A stretch of 63,982 nucleotides of DNA, the filler included, from Limisphaerales bacterium (GTDB taxonomy: Bacteria; Verrucomicrobiota; Verrucomicrobiia; Limisphaerales; SIBE01), in assembly GCA_044225505.1 (NCBI GenBank). It is 3 parts of 3 records of this genome, joined end to end, with 100 filler letters (N's around TTAATTAATTAA, not from the genome) between each part and the next. Parts side by side here need not be neighbours in the genome. Positions count along the whole stretch, not along the records: positions 1 to 25,756 come from JBGAIN010000131.1; positions 25,857 to 49,428 come from JBGAIN010000132.1; 1 more part is not named here. One strand, written 5' to 3'. The translations under genes were made by a program, and so were the position numbers. Below, in pieces: positions 20,571-31,843 of the stretch. The stretch's first letter is position 1, and each line of letters starts with the position of its first letter. The notes below the pieces were generated by a model. The model had not been told where the DNA came from and ran no database searches. It saw nothing but the letters and a program-made list of their open reading frames with translations.

Positions 20571-21248
20571 ATGTCGAACTATCATAAACTGTATACTGCC
20601 CAGGACAGCGCCGTCGTGTTCATCGATCACCAGCCGCAGATGACCTTTGGCGTCTCGAATATCGATCGCGCCACGCTCATCAATAACGTGACACTTCTTG
20701 CCAAGGTCGCGAAGGAGTTCCAAGTGCCCACGATTCTGTCGTCGGTGGAGACGGAGTCGTTCAGCGGGTATATCTGGCCGCAGCTCCTGGATGTGTTCCC
20801 CGGCCAGGACGTGGTCGAGCGCACTTCGATGAACGCTTGGGACGACGCTGGGTTTCGGAAAGCGGTGGAAGCGACCGGGAAGAAGAATGTTCTCGTGACC
20901 GGGCTCTGGACGGAAGTTTGCGTCACATGGCCGACTATTGAAATGATCGGTGCGGGTTACAATATTTACGTCGTCGAAGATTGCTGCGGTGCTACGTCCC
21001 AAGTGGCGCATGAAGCGGCGCTGTCGCGAATGGTTCAGGCGGGGGCGGTCCGACTCACCACCATTGCTGCACTGCTCGAATGGCAGCGCGATTGGGCGCG
21101 GCGCGATCATTACGACGCCCTCATGGGGCTGATCAAACAGCAAGGCGGGGCTTATGGCGCGGGCATTGAATACGCCTACACGATGGTTCACAAAGCCCCG
21201 CAGTCTGCGAAGAAGCCGCAACTCGTGCCGAAGAAGGGCGGTCATTAA
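20571..21248 (+). CDS. YcaC-like isochorismatase-family hydrolase
   Basis: FIDHQPQM, GLWTEVC, LEWQRDW. Confidence 0.88.
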   Translation: MSNYHKLYTAQDSAVVFIDHQPQMTFGVSNIDRATLINNVTLLAKVAKEFQVPTILSSVETESFSGYIWPQLLDVFPGQDVVERTSMNAWDDAGFRKAVEATGKKNVLVTGLWTEVCVTWPTIEMIGAGYNIYVVEDCCGATSQVAHEAALSRMVQAGAVRLTTIAALLEWQRDWARRDHYDALMGLIKQQGGAYGAGIEYAYTMVHKAPQSAKKPQLVPKKGGH

Positions 21249-21312
21249 GGTATTCGTGCCGGGGGTGGGGGGGCTTGCCACCCGCCCTTGAGTCGGACAA
21301 TTCGGCCTCGTT

Positions 21313-21852
21313 ATGCCTATTCATGTTGCCATTACCCGGCGAGTGCGGGCTGGGTGCGAAGCTGAATTCCAACAGGCGCTTCGCGAGTTTTTCCAGACCT
21401 CTTTCGCCCATGGCGGCGTGCTTGGCGCGACGATGATCGTGCCTCCGCCCGGCTCGGATGCGCGCGAATTCGGTATCCTGCGCTCGTTCGCCAACGAGAA
21501 GGAGCGCGATGATTTCTATGCCTCGCCCATCTTCAAGGAATGGGAGAGGAAGTGCGAACCGCTGACGGAATCGAATTCCTGGACGTACCGGCCGTTGCAT
21601 GGACTGGAAGCGTGGTTTCGCTCGCCGCACAATCCGCCCCCGAGATGGAAGATGGCGGTTGCCACCTTCCTCGGCGTTTTCCCTCTGGCGATGCTTTTGA
21701 ATCTGACCCTTGGCCCGATCATTCGCGAATGGCCTTTCGTGCTGCGCAACGCGGTGTTCAATGCGTTCGTGGTCACCTTGTTGGCCTGGGTTGTTATGCC
21801 CATGGTCACCCGAGTGTTGCGCGGCTGGCTACAACCCGGCTCCAAAGAATAA
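21313..21852 (+). CDS. Antibiotic biosynthesis monooxygenase-like protein with C-terminal TM helices
   Basis: ABM-like N-terminus, GLEAWF...PPRWKMA, two TM segments. Confidence 0.8.
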   Translation: MPIHVAITRRVRAGCEAEFQQALREFFQTSFAHGGVLGATMIVPPPGSDAREFGILRSFANEKERDDFYASPIFKEWERKCEPLTESNSWTYRPLHGLEAWFRSPHNPPPRWKMAVATFLGVFPLAMLLNLTLGPIIREWPFVLRNAVFNAFVVTLLAWVVMPMVTRVLRGWLQPGSKE

Positions 21853-21857
21853 ACGCT

Positions 21858-23735
21858 ATGAATTCCAACACCGCTCCCGACCTGATTTTGCGCAACGGGC
21901 GCATATCCACCCTCGACCCAAAGCATCCCGAAGCGCGCGACGTCGCGATCAAAGATGGACGCATCGTGGGTGTGGATAACGTCGACGCGTTCGAGCGCGG
22001 GCCAGAGACCAAGACCATTGATCTCAAGGGGCGTCGTGTGATCCCTGGTCTGAACGACTCGCATCTCCATGTCATTCGCGGCGGATTGAACTACAACTTG
22101 GAACTCCGCTGGGACGGTGTGCCCTCGCTCGCGGATGCGTTGCGGATGCTGAAGGCACAAGCGCAACGCACGCCCCCAGGCAGGCCAATGGGTGCGCGTC
22201 GTCGGCGGCTGGAGCGAGTTTCACTCCGCCGAACGCCGGATGCCGACGCTCGAAGAGATTAACGCGGCGGCGCCGGAAACGCCTGTATTTATACTGCATC
22301 TCTATTGCCGCGCATTGCTCAATCAAGCGCTCTGCGCGCCTGCGGTTACACGAAAGAGACGCCAAATCCTCCCGGTGGTGAAATCCAGCGGGATGGCGCG
22401 GGGAATCCCACGGGGCTGCTGATTGCGCGGCCAAACGCCACGATTCTCTACGCGACGCTCGCGAAAGGGCCGAAGCTGCCGCCCGAACATCAGTTAAATT
22501 CCACGCGACACTTTATGCGTGAGCTGAATCGGCTCGGGCTGACCAGCATCATTGACGCCGGTGGCGGTTTTCAGAATTACCCGGAGGATTACGCGGTGAT
22601 TGATGCATTGCACCAGCGTGGGGAGATGACCTTGCGCATCGCTTACAATCTGTTCACGCAAAAGCCAAAGGGGGAGAAGGAAGACTTCAAACGCTGGATC
22701 AAAATGACGGCACCTGGCCACGGTGATGATTTCCTCCGCTGCAAACGGCGCGGGTGAGATGTTTGTCTTTTCGGCGGCGGATTTCGAAGACTTCCTGGAA
22801 CCACGCCCCGACCTGAACGCTTCACTGGAAGGCGAACTTAGAGAAGTCGTGTCGCTACTGGCCGCGAACCGGTGGCCATTCCGCTTGCATGCGACCTACG
22901 ACGAGAGCATTTCGCGTTTCCTGAACGTGTTTGAAGATGTGAACCGTGAGGTGCCGTTCCAAGGTCTTAACTGGTTCTTCGACCACTGCGAGACGATTTC
23001 CGATCGCAACCTGGAGCGCGTCCGAGCGCTGGGGGGAGTGCATCGCCAGCAGCACCGGATGGCTTATCAAGGCGAGTATCTATGGAGCCCGCGGGGCAGC
23101 AGGCCGCGGCGCGCACTTCCGCCTGTCCGCAAAATGCTGGAGCTTGGTGTGCCTGCGGGCGCTGGCACAGATGCAACGCGTGTCGCCAGCTATAACCCGT
23201 GGGTGTCGCCCTCTATTGGCTCACGACTAAAACTGTTGGAGGTGTTCCGATGTATCCGGACGCGAATTGTCTGAGTCGTGAAGAAGCGTTGCGTCTCTAC
23301 ACTCAGGGCAGCAGCGACGCTGAACGAGAGCGGAAGAAGGGAGCCATCGCGGTCGGCCAGTTCGCGGACCTCGTGGCACTCACCGACGATTACTTTGCTG
23401 TGCTTGACGAAGAGATCAAAAGTATCGAATCGGTGTCACCCTTGTTGGTGGCAAAGTTGTTCACGCCACGAATGAATTTGCCTCGCACGCACCTCCCGCG
23501 ATCCCGGTGCTGCCAGAGTGGTCGCCAGAAAGTCTTTGGGGGCTATGGCGCGCCGCTTGATACCCGAAAAGCGGTGCGTGCAGGGGTCCCCATGCCAGAG
23601 CATCGCCACAATGCCACGTGTCACGAGCTGACGCTTTTACTCATGCTTGGCAATTGATGTTCTTCGGCTGCCGAGGCCGCACGGAATCGCTACTCTGGAT
23701 TCTTTGGCCTCGGTTGCGACCGCTTCGCGTTTTGA
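21858..23735 (+). CDS. YtcJ-like amidohydrolase, multiply frameshifted as sequenced
   Basis: PGLNDSHLH, PFRLHATY, FDHCE, GTDATRVASYNPW, ending FFGLGCDRFAF*; spread over several frames. Confidence 0.8.
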
Positions 23736-24007
23736 CACTGCGCCATGCGCAATCTCCTTCGCACAAAAGCTGGAACGACCTTCTCGAACTCACTCGACCG
23801 AAGATCGCTTGCCTCTCAGGCACGCAACACGATGTCGCGGCGCGGGGTTGTGCTGGCCAGAGTCGGAGCGTCCGCGCGCGCGGGGATGCGGACAACCGGG
23901 AGGGGCGGCGATACAGACACCGCCCATGAGCTCAGGGAAGTGGCGCCCGACCTGGGCAGATGGCTTTGGCGGATTGGCGCCCGCGCGCAGAGAAAGGAGT
24001 GGTTGGC

Positions 24008-25157
24008 ATGAAAGCAAAACCCTTCGCTTGGCTACGCTCATACCGACGTTGCTGTTCGCGGCGTGTGGGAAACATCCACAGCCAACAACTCCACCTGCCC
24101 CGACGGTCTCCGTTGTTCGACCTGTAGAGCGCGAGGTGGTCGAGTGGGACGAATTCATTGGACGGTTGGAATCGTCGAAACAGTCGAGATCAAAGCGCGT
24201 GTGAGCGGGTATCTCGACAAGATTCATTTCCAAGGAGGGTAAAGAGGTCAACAAAGGCGACCTTCTCTTGTTCACCGTCGATCCGCGTCCATACCAAGCG
24301 GAAGCACGACCGGGCGGAAGCCGAGCATCAACGTGCGGAAAGTCAGGCGGATCTCGCAAAGAACGACGCGCGGAGCGTGCCAAGCGGCTTATCGCCACGA
24401 AAGCTATCTCGGAAGAGGACTTCGACACAAAAACCCGGAGCTATATTTCCGCGCTCGCGGCGCTGAGGGCCGCTCACGCAGCCGTCGAATCCGCGAAGTT
24501 GAATTTAGAGTTTACCGAGGTTCGCTCGCCCATTCAGGGGCGGACCAGCCGGGCTATCGTTACCGAGGGCAACCTCGATTAGCGGTGGCGTATCGGGCGC
24601 GGGGGGCGACTTTGCTCACGACGGTGGTTTCGCAGGATCCGTTGTATTGCTATGTGGATGTGGATGAGCGTTCGATCTTGAAATACATCCAGCTCCGTCG
24701 GGAGGGCAAACGCGAAAGTGCGCTCGATAAACCAATACCGACAGAGATGGCGCTGGCAGACGAGGTGGGCTATCCGCATAAAGGATTTACCGACTTCGTG
24801 GACAACAAGGTTGATCCCAAGCACGGGCACCCTCCGGTGTCGGGGCGTGTTTCCCAATCCCGAACGCGTGCTCGGACCAGGATTTTTCGCGCGCATGCGC
24901 ATTCCTGGCAGTGGCAAATACCTGGCATTGCTGATCCCGGACCGAGCACTGGCCGCGGATCAGGCGCAGAAGTTTGTTTATGTTGTCAACGCGGAGAAGA
25001 AAGTGGAGTTCCGCCCAGTGAAGGTGGGTCCGATGATTGACGGGTTGCGCGTCGTGAAGGAGGGGCTCAAGGCGGGGGAACAGGTCATCGCAGAAGGTTT
25101 GATGCGCGTGCGTCCCGCATTGTGTGGTGGACGCGAAACTTGCGGAGACGAAAATGA
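24008..25157 (+). CDS. RND efflux membrane fusion protein, multiply frameshifted
   Basis: RBS AAGGAG, lipobox FAAC, DPRPYQA, LEFTEVRSPI, LIPDRAL..DQ; the end is approximate. Confidence 0.8.
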
Positions 25158-25756
25158 GCTTCTCCCACTCTTCATCCGCCGGCCGATTTTGCAGCGGTCC
25201 TCTCTATCGTGATCGTGCTGATCGGTGGGATTGCTATGTTTCAACTGCCCATCGCGCAGTATCCCAACGTGGTGCCGCCGACAGTTGTGGTGCGCGCAGT
25301 TTATCCGGGCGCGAACCCCCAAAGTGCTGGCCGAAACGGTCGCCACGCCCATCGAGCAGGAGGTCAACGGTGTCGAGAACATGCTCTACATGGCGAGCAC
25401 GCCGACCAGCGATGGCGTGATGTCGCTGATCCTCACGTTCAAGCTCGGCACAGATTTGAACACGGCGCAGGTGCTGGTGCAAAAACCGCGTTGCCATCGC
25501 CTTCCGAAGTTGCCGGAGGAAGTGCGCCGCATCGGAGTGACCACCACGAAGAAATCGTCTGATCTGACGATGGTGGCGCATCTCATCTCGCCGGATGACA
25601 CGCGATGAACTTTACATAGGTAACTACGCCTTCCTGCAAGTGAAGGATCAATCCCGCCCGCATCCCGGGCGTTGGGGAGGTGACTGTGTTCGGGGCACGC
25701 GACTATTCGATGCGCGTATGGCTCGACCCGGAACGCCTGGCCTCACGCAGCCTGAC
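25154..25756 (+). CDS. AcrB-family RND transporter, N-terminal part (frameshifted, cut by gap)
   Basis: LPIAQYPNVVPPTV, ETVATPIEQEVNGVENMLYM, YSMRVWLDP. Confidence 0.85.
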
Positions 25757-25856
25757 NNNNNNNNNNNNNNNNNNNNNNNNNNNNNNNNNNNNNNNNNNNN
25801 TTAATTAATTAANNNNNNNNNNNNNNNNNNNNNNNNNNNNNNNNNNNNNNNNNNNN
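25757..25856. other. Scaffold gap with six-frame stop linker
   Basis: Ns flanking TTAATTAATTAA. Confidence 0.98.
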
Positions 25857-26304
25857 TGGAGAAAGTCGTGGCCATATGAATCATGATGGGCAAGCCGTGT
25901 TTCTGGCAGTAAGCGTAAATCTCTCGATAACGCGGATCCAACGGATGCACTCCCTGATAAATCGGCGCCACCTTCACGCCTTGGCAACGCAACGCCTGGT
26001 GACAACGGCGAAGCTCTTCCTGAAATCCTTCGCGCCCAGGATCGATCGAGGCAAAAAAGATGAGGCGCTCCGGCGCTAGAGCTGCGTGCCGTGCCACATC
26101 ATCGTTCGGAACATGCCAACCGGTGGCGGCCGCTTCGATGCCAAAAACGATGGCAATATCCGCTGAACGTGTCGTCGTCAGGTGGCGATCATATACGTCC
26201 CCCCAGCTCTCGGATTGAATCCCGCAACGCTCTAGGTCCGCCACCAAGCGCGGCCCAAAGTCCGTCTTTGGCTGAAAAACATGGGTGTGGACGTCGACGA
26301 TCAT
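25857..26304 (-). CDS. Amidohydrolase_2 family protein, 3'-truncated by gap
   Basis: MIVDVHTH, GVKVAPIYQ, PIMIHM. Confidence 0.85.
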
Positions 26305-27563
26305 AGCCTTGTGCTTGCCTGACTCCCGCTGCGTAATCGGTCACTGGAGGCCACCTTATCCGGGAATCGGATCACTTGCCAGCCCTCAGCCCCAAGCCGA
26401 ATATCGCGCTCGACGAATTCCCATACGACCACCTTTTTCCCTTTCAACAAATGGGACCGCCGAAACAATTCCTGCCGCACCAATGTTGACGCCCCCCCGT
26501 CGCTGACGATGGAGGCGAGCGGTTGGCCTAGTTCTCGGGCAAGATGCGCCACGAACCCGGCGCCCCCAGGATCGTCGTTCTGGAAAACCCGCAAGAAACT
26601 ATCGCCCAGAACCAAAACCTGCCCATTCGGATCATCCTGGTAAAGAGCGGAAGTGCCAGAGTTCAGGACCTGCTCGCAGATAATCGTTTCCGCCCCGGTG
26701 CGTCGCTCCAGAGCGGGGACCTGCAGCATCCGAAGGATATCGCCGACGCGCCGGACTTCGATCGGCCGCTGCTGATACACAACGTTGCCAGCGCTCACTC
26801 GACCCGACTCGCGGATGCGCGCGGCGACCGCCTGCGCGGCCAGACGCACCCCAGCGGGTGACCAATGGCTGTCTTCCACAAGGTAGAGCGCCTCTGAGTT
26901 GGTGGAAGCTGCGGCACGGGCAGACGCAAAGAGCCGAAACAGGTTGACGACGGGCACTTGCGCCACTTCGAGTCGAGACAAGAGCTCGCTCGCGGCCAGG
27001 GACGGGGCACCGCCGGTGCCGCCAACACGCGTCGTCAAACGGTCTGGGTAGACGCTTTCCTTGTTGGGAGCAATCACAATCAACAATTCAATCCCAAGGC
27101 GCGCCAAGTCTTCGCGAAACGCTTGAATGGCTGGTAACGGGTCTGTCGTCAATCCTGCCATTGTGCCGTGCCGCGGAGTTCCGATTGCAACGTCAATGCC
27201 CGGCCGATAAAATAACCAACCATCAAGTCCAATCACGGCCTTTTCCCCACCCTCTCCAAGCCAAGCAAAGTGGGCAAACTGAACCATGGGCCGGACCATC
27301 TGCTCGATAATGCTCCCCGACTCAAGCTCGCGCTCGAAAGCGCGCAGCCGCGTAGCGGTCGGCATTTCTTGGAAAACTCGCAAAACGCGCGGCTTTTCCC
27401 GTCGGGCGAGTTCGTGGACCAACTGGATCAAAGGAACGCCGACGACGATCGCCAGAAATAAGGCGAGGAGTGCCCATGACGCATTGTTGGGGCGTGCCGA
27501 GGCCGAATGAACCGCCTCCTCAGGTGCCTCAGGCGTCGGGAAGGTTGGCATCGGAGTTTCCAT
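26301..27563 (-). CDS. AlgJ/AlgX-like SGNH O-acetyltransferase
   Basis: GLDGWLFY, APNKESVYPD, DSHWS, VLGDSF, VWEFVERD; N-terminal TM. Confidence 0.85.
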   Translation of the reverse strand: METPMPTFPTPEAPEEAVHSASARPNNASWALLALFLAIVVGVPLIQLVHELARREKPRVLRVFQEMPTATRLRAFERELESGSIIEQMVRPMVQFAHFAWLGEGGEKAVIGLDGWLFYRPGIDVAIGTPRHGTMAGLTTDPLPAIQAFREDLARLGIELLIVIAPNKESVYPDRLTTRVGGTGGAPSLAASELLSRLEVAQVPVVNLFRLFASARAAASTNSEALYLVEDSHWSPAGVRLAAQAVAARIRESGRVSAGNVVYQQRPIEVRRVGDILRMLQVPALERRTGAETIICEQVLNSGTSALYQDDPNGQVLVLGDSFLRVFQNDDPGGAGFVAHLARELGQPLASIVSDGGASTLVRQELFRRSHLLKGKKVVVWEFVERDIRLGAEGWQVIRFPDKVASSDRLRSGSQASTRL

Positions 27564-27569
27564 GCGCGT

Positions 27570-29003
27570 TCAAAACTGAAAGTAAAGAAACGGATTGAAC
27601 GACTGGGCCGCCATGGCCATGAGAGCCACAACAAAAAGCGGGCCCAGCACCGAAACCCGGCCCCAGTGGACGGGGCGCAAAGCCCAGTCGTGAGCCTGAA
27701 GGCTCTGAAAGACGAGGCATCCGCAGAGACTCACGGCCAGCAGGTGATAAGGCGTATATAAAACTGCCCCGAGCAAACCCGCGTTGGGTGAGGCGGGAAT
27801 AATCCCGAACAATGCACCGTAGAAGCGCAGCGCGGCGGGAAGCGACTCTGCCCGGAATAATACCCAGGACATCAACACCAGAAAAAAGGTCAAGCTGATC
27901 CGAGCCGCCTTGGGCAAAGCGTGATAAATGCTTCGCTTCCGGTTCCAACGCTCTAAAGCTAACAACCCTCCATGATAGGCACCCCACAAAACGAAGGTCC
28001 ATTGAGCCCCATGCCAAAGCCCTCCAAGCAGCATGACCACCGTCAGGTTTACATAGGTGCGTGTGGGTCCCTTGCGATTACCACCCAAAGGCAAATAGAG
28101 ATAGTCACGTAGAACGCTGGAAAGCGAAATGTGCCACCGACGCCACAGATCGGTAATATTCTCCGCGCGATAAGGGGCATCGAAATTCCTGGGGAACTCA
28201 AAGCCGAGCAATCGTCCCAGACCAACCGCCATGTCGGAGTAGCCGCAGAAATCGAAATAGATCTGAAAAGCGTAGGCGAGCAAACCCATCCACGCATCGA
28301 TCGGCAACGGTTGGTCTGCGGCAAAGACCGAGTCAGCCACCGCTCCAACCGGATTGGCCAACAAGATTTTCTTGGCAAAGCCGACGATGAATATAGTGAT
28401 ACCCGATGTGAATCGCGGGAGGGTATGAGTGCGAGCGGCTAATTGCGCGGCCAAAGTCTTGTAGCGGATAATAGGCCCGGCAACTAGGTCCGGAAACAAC
28501 GCCACAAAGGCCGAAAAATCGGTGAACGACTTTGCCGGAGTCGCATCGCCACGATACAGATCGATAATATAGGTGAGCGAATGGAACGTGTAGAACGAAA
28601 TACCAATAGGTAATACCACCTGCCAAACATGAAACGTCTCCTGCCCCATGGCCGCGAGCACACGATTCAAGTTCTCCGCCGCGAACATGTAATATTTGAA
28701 AAAACCTAGAAAACCGAGGTTGGTAACCACGCATGCAATGACGGACCCCTTGCGTTGAAAGGGCGTCGCCCCAGGCCGAGTGATGATGCGTCCCCACACG
28801 AAATCCATGCACGTGGTGAACATCATCAGACAGACAAACCATGGCTCCCACCAGCCGTAAAAGACGTAGCTGGCTAACGTGATCCAGAGATTGCGCCAAC
28901 GAGGCGCAAGGCTGAAGTAGATCAGCAGAAAAACCGGCAAATAATAAAAGATGAAAATGTGACTGGTGAAAACCATGTCAAACAACGGCCCGAGCGCAGC
29001 CAA
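27570..29003 (-). CDS. algI: AlgI-like MBOAT O-acyltransferase
   Basis: LPIGISFYTF, QIYFDFCGYSDMA, WRRWHISLS, GLWHGA, NPFLYFQF; probable start ATG near 28976. Confidence 0.9.
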   Translation of the reverse strand: MAALGPLFDMVFTSHIFIFYYLPVFLLIYFSLAPRWRNLWITLASYVFYGWWEPWFVCLMMFTTCMDFVWGRIITRPGATPFQRKGSVIACVVTNLGFLGFFKYYMFAAENLNRVLAAMGQETFHVWQVVLPIGISFYTFHSLTYIIDLYRGDATPAKSFTDFSAFVALFPDLVAGPIIRYKTLAAQLAARTHTLPRFTSGITIFIVGFAKKILLANPVGAVADSVFAADQPLPIDAWMGLLAYAFQIYFDFCGYSDMAVGLGRLLGFEFPRNFDAPYRAENITDLWRRWHISLSSVLRDYLYLPLGGNRKGPTRTYVNLTVVMLLGGLWHGAQWTFVLWGAYHGGLLALERWNRKRSIYHALPKAARISLTFFLVLMSWVLFRAESLPAALRFYGALFGIIPASPNAGLLGAVLYTPYHLLAVSLCGCLVFQSLQAHDWALRPVHWGRVSVLGPLFVVALMAMAAQSFNPFLYFQF

Positions 29004-29056
29004 AGCAGCAAACTGAAGGCGCTTTCACAGCGACGGTGCCCCGATCGGCCCCGGCC

Positions 29057-29617
29057 CTAAGGACTTTCCTCGACGGTCCACACCGCCCAATAGATCGGGT
29101 CCGAGCTTTGGCCGAAGTATTTGTTCACAATGCCGCCCATAAAATGATCCTCGATCGGAACCTCCAGCGCTAAGTGATGGACTTCGCCAACGCGGAATTC
29201 ACTGACATCTCCCCCGATCACTTTCACCCGCTCGTCAGCGGCTTCGCGACGCGGCTTGAACGGGTTATACTGGCCTATATAAAGCACATTCGTTTTCACG
29301 TCACCGCGGTGAACCTTGAGCACTTGATACTTGAGAACCGTGGCATAATCGTAAAGTTCCCGCTTGAAAATGGCGCCTTGAGGAATCTCCAACAATTTCG
29401 CCGTCACTTCCACAGTCCCATTGGTTTGGAGATGAGGGTCCGCTTTGGAATTCCCTGTCGCTGGTTTGGAGTCGCAAGCCGTCATGAGTAGCGCCAAGAC
29501 CGCACCACTCACAAACCGCAGCAGTTTAGAAGGTCGTATGCTCTCGAAGCGGTGCAGCCGAGAGGTCAGCTGGAAGTGGCGATTCCATCCTTTGAAGGTC
29601 GTGTAAAAGCGTTTCAT
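29057..29617 (-). CDS. Hypothetical lipoprotein
   Basis: LALLMTA|C lipobox; in an operon with algI. Confidence 0.7.
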   Translation of the reverse strand: MKRFYTTFKGWNRHFQLTSRLHRFESIRPSKLLRFVSGAVLALLMTACDSKPATGNSKADPHLQTNGTVEVTAKLLEIPQGAIFKRELYDYATVLKYQVLKVHRGDVKTNVLYIGQYNPFKPRREAADERVKVIGGDVSEFRVGEVHHLALEVPIEDHFMGGIVNKYFGQSSDPIYWAVWTVEESP

Positions 29618-31689
29618 GGCACACTGGGTTGTCTCGTCCGGCCAATTTCAGCCATTGTCCAATGGGGCTCCCACCCGCGGCCCAAATCGAGACGATCACG
29701 AAGGGCACCTCCATCCAACGAGCTCGCGACCGTCACCGCGTCTTTCGTCGGGCAGCGTATGATCGCCATTTCAATCGCCCCGACTTTCCCGAGATCCTCC
29801 TTGCTACGCGTGAAAAGGAGGTAGCGACCATCCGGCGATGCGCATGCGCCATAAATGTGGCGCCCCGCTTCCGCGTAAACGCAGTGCCGCTCCTGCCCGT
29901 CCGCCGTCGCGACCCATAACTCCGCGCGCCCTTCCTGTTGCGGGACAATTCCACGCGCGTAAACGACTCGCTGCGAATCAGGCATCCAATCGGGAGTGCA
30001 ATTGTAACGGTTGGTTTCGCTCAGAGCTAGGATGCCCCCGGCTTGCGAATCGATGCAGCCAATATTCCAGTATGGTCCAAGTCCGTTCGCTGTGCCGACA
30101 AATCGCCTTCCGTCCGGAGAACAGATCAATTGCTGGACAATGCCTCGTCTTGGGAATTGGCGAAGCAACTTTCCATTCGACAAGTCCACCACCTGGATGC
30201 CCTTCGGAGATAAACAGTAAATTTCCTGGCTGTTCGGCCCCCAGGAAGCCCACGCGTAGTCTCTCCCATACGTGGTGGGCTCAGATCCATCAGCCCGGGC
30301 GATGATCAGCTCAAACGTCCCGTAGGTATTATTGTCGACCTCCACCGCCTTTGGCATCCGATAGTAGAGCAATCGCTTGCCGTCCGGGGAAAAGCGCGCT
30401 CCAGCCTCGTTCCATTCCGGCGTCTCAGTGACAGGGTATCGTTCGGTCCCGTCCGGGCGCATCGCAAATAGATCCCAGTCGCCGCGGTCGGTCTGAGCGC
30501 TATAGATCAACCAACCGCTCCGGTGCAATTCCAGCGCCATGGATGAGGCGGCAGTTGAATCGCGTGGCGTTGCGAGCGGCCGTCTTGTCACATCCTCGGA
30601 GTCGGCCGCCGGGGAAAGCTTGGCAGCTGTCCAAACTGGCTCCCATCCCGGAGGGAGGGTCAAGACGGGGCCACTCTTAGCTAGCGGGTGTTTGGCACGC
30701 AATTCCGGACTCGGCCCTCCTATGATTGGAGCATCCCGGAGGCGCATCAGTCCCATCGGGGCACCTGCATTGCCCGGATCGCCATCCTCGCGCATATTTC
30801 CAGTGAACAACACGTATTGGCCGTCCGGTGAAACCTGTCCTCCGTAGACGTGGCGACCATCTTCTCCGTAGATTAATGTCCGGGTATGCCCGTCCACGTC
30901 GGCTTGCCAAAGTTGAGTCCAGCCATATCCATTATTCCCGGCCTGGCCCGGTGGACGCCACGAGAAGACGACGCCGTGGGAATCTGGAAACCAATCGGGC
31001 GTACAGCAATCGACCGTGTTGACCGCTTGGACCTGACCGGAGGTGACATTCAGTCGCGCGATACTCCAGCCAGTTCCAAAGGAATTCGCAACGCCGCAGA
31101 TCCATTGGCCATCCGGGGACCAAGTCGTTTGCTGAAAAAAACCTTTACGCGGCAAGGTTCGCACCACCCGAGCACTTTCGAGATCAACGAACACGATCCC
31201 ATGAATCGAGAGGCACGCGATCTGAGTTCCGTCCGGACTCCAACTCGCCCAAGGAAAATCGCCCGACTTTCCCATCACTCTCTTGGCGGTGCCGTCGCTT
31301 CGCGCTACGACTAGACTTCCCTGTTCGCCAGACCGGTTGTTGTCGATCTTTTCGTGGGACGGAATCTGACGGTAGAGCAATTGTTTTCCGTCGCGGGAGA
31401 ACTGGGGGGCAAACTCGTTCAGGGTCGGGGTGCGAGTGAGGGGGCGCAAGCTGGAACCGTCTGGTCGAGCGAGAAACAAGTCCCAATCTCCAGAGCCGCC
31501 TCGAGCTCCAAACGCGATCCACCCGCGGTTTTGAACTTCTGCCGCCAACTCGGCCGCAGCGTCGTCGACAACGGTTGCCCTCAGCTCAATCCCAGCGGAC
31601 AGGCCGCTCAGCATGGCCAGCCGAAAGATTGAACGCAGATTCAGGCAACGCCGGAGAAATGTTCCAATCATACATCCAACGACCGGCAC
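29614..31689 (-). CDS. TolB-like PD40 propeller protein with two homologous halves
   Basis: Twice GWxxxxA...GDWDLFxxRPDG, FSxDGKxLLY, WASW, CTPDW, GRHxYG, GWEPxWT. Confidence 0.85.
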   Translation of the reverse strand: MPVVGCMIGTFLRRCLNLRSIFRLAMLSGLSAGIELRATVVDDAAAELAAEVQNRGWIAFGARGGSGDWDLFLARPDGSSLRPLTRTPTLNEFAPQFSRDGKQLLYRQIPSHEKIDNNRSGEQGSLVVARSDGTAKRVMGKSGDFPWASWSPDGTQIACLSIHGIVFVDLESARVVRTLPRKGFFQQTTWSPDGQWICGVANSFGTGWSIARLNVTSGQVQAVNTVDCCTPDWFPDSHGVVFSWRPPGQAGNNGYGWTQLWQADVDGHTRTLIYGEDGRHVYGGQVSPDGQYVLFTGNMREDGDPGNAGAPMGLMRLRDAPIIGGPSPELRAKHPLAKSGPVLTLPPGWEPVWTAAKLSPAADSEDVTRRPLATPRDSTAASSMALELHRSGWLIYSAQTDRGDWDLFAMRPDGTERYPVTETPEWNEAGARFSPDGKRLLYYRMPKAVEVDNNTYGTFELIIARADGSEPTTYGRDYAWASWGPNSQEIYCLSPKGIQVVDLSNGKLLRQFPRRGIVQQLICSPDGRRFVGTANGLGPYWNIGCIDSQAGGILALSETNRYNCTPDWMPDSQRVVYARGIVPQQEGRAELWVATADGQERHCVYAEAGRHIYGACASPDGRYLLFTRSKEDLGKVGAIEMAIIRCPTKDAVTVASSLDGGALRDRLDLGRGWEPHWTMAEIGRTRQPSVP

Positions 31690-31843
31690 CGAGATTGCCA
31701 GAAGTTGAACGGCAATGAAAGAGCCAATTCTATATCCGCGAAGAAAGCTATCTCAGCGATCTGAAGCGTCGGAGAATTGCGGCAACGGCGAAAACTCTCC
31801 GAGGGAAGCCGGATCGGCAATTCTCCCGGGTGACACCGGTCCG

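Noticed and set aside
21858..25756. Many frameshifts suggesting programmed frameshifting or pseudogenisation
   Set aside because: They are mostly single-base indels that accumulate towards a contig end, with domains otherwise intact; sequencing error is the simpler explanation.
25801..25812. TTAATTAATTAA palindrome (also at 49473-49484)
   Set aside because: Artificial six-frame stop linker inside N gaps.
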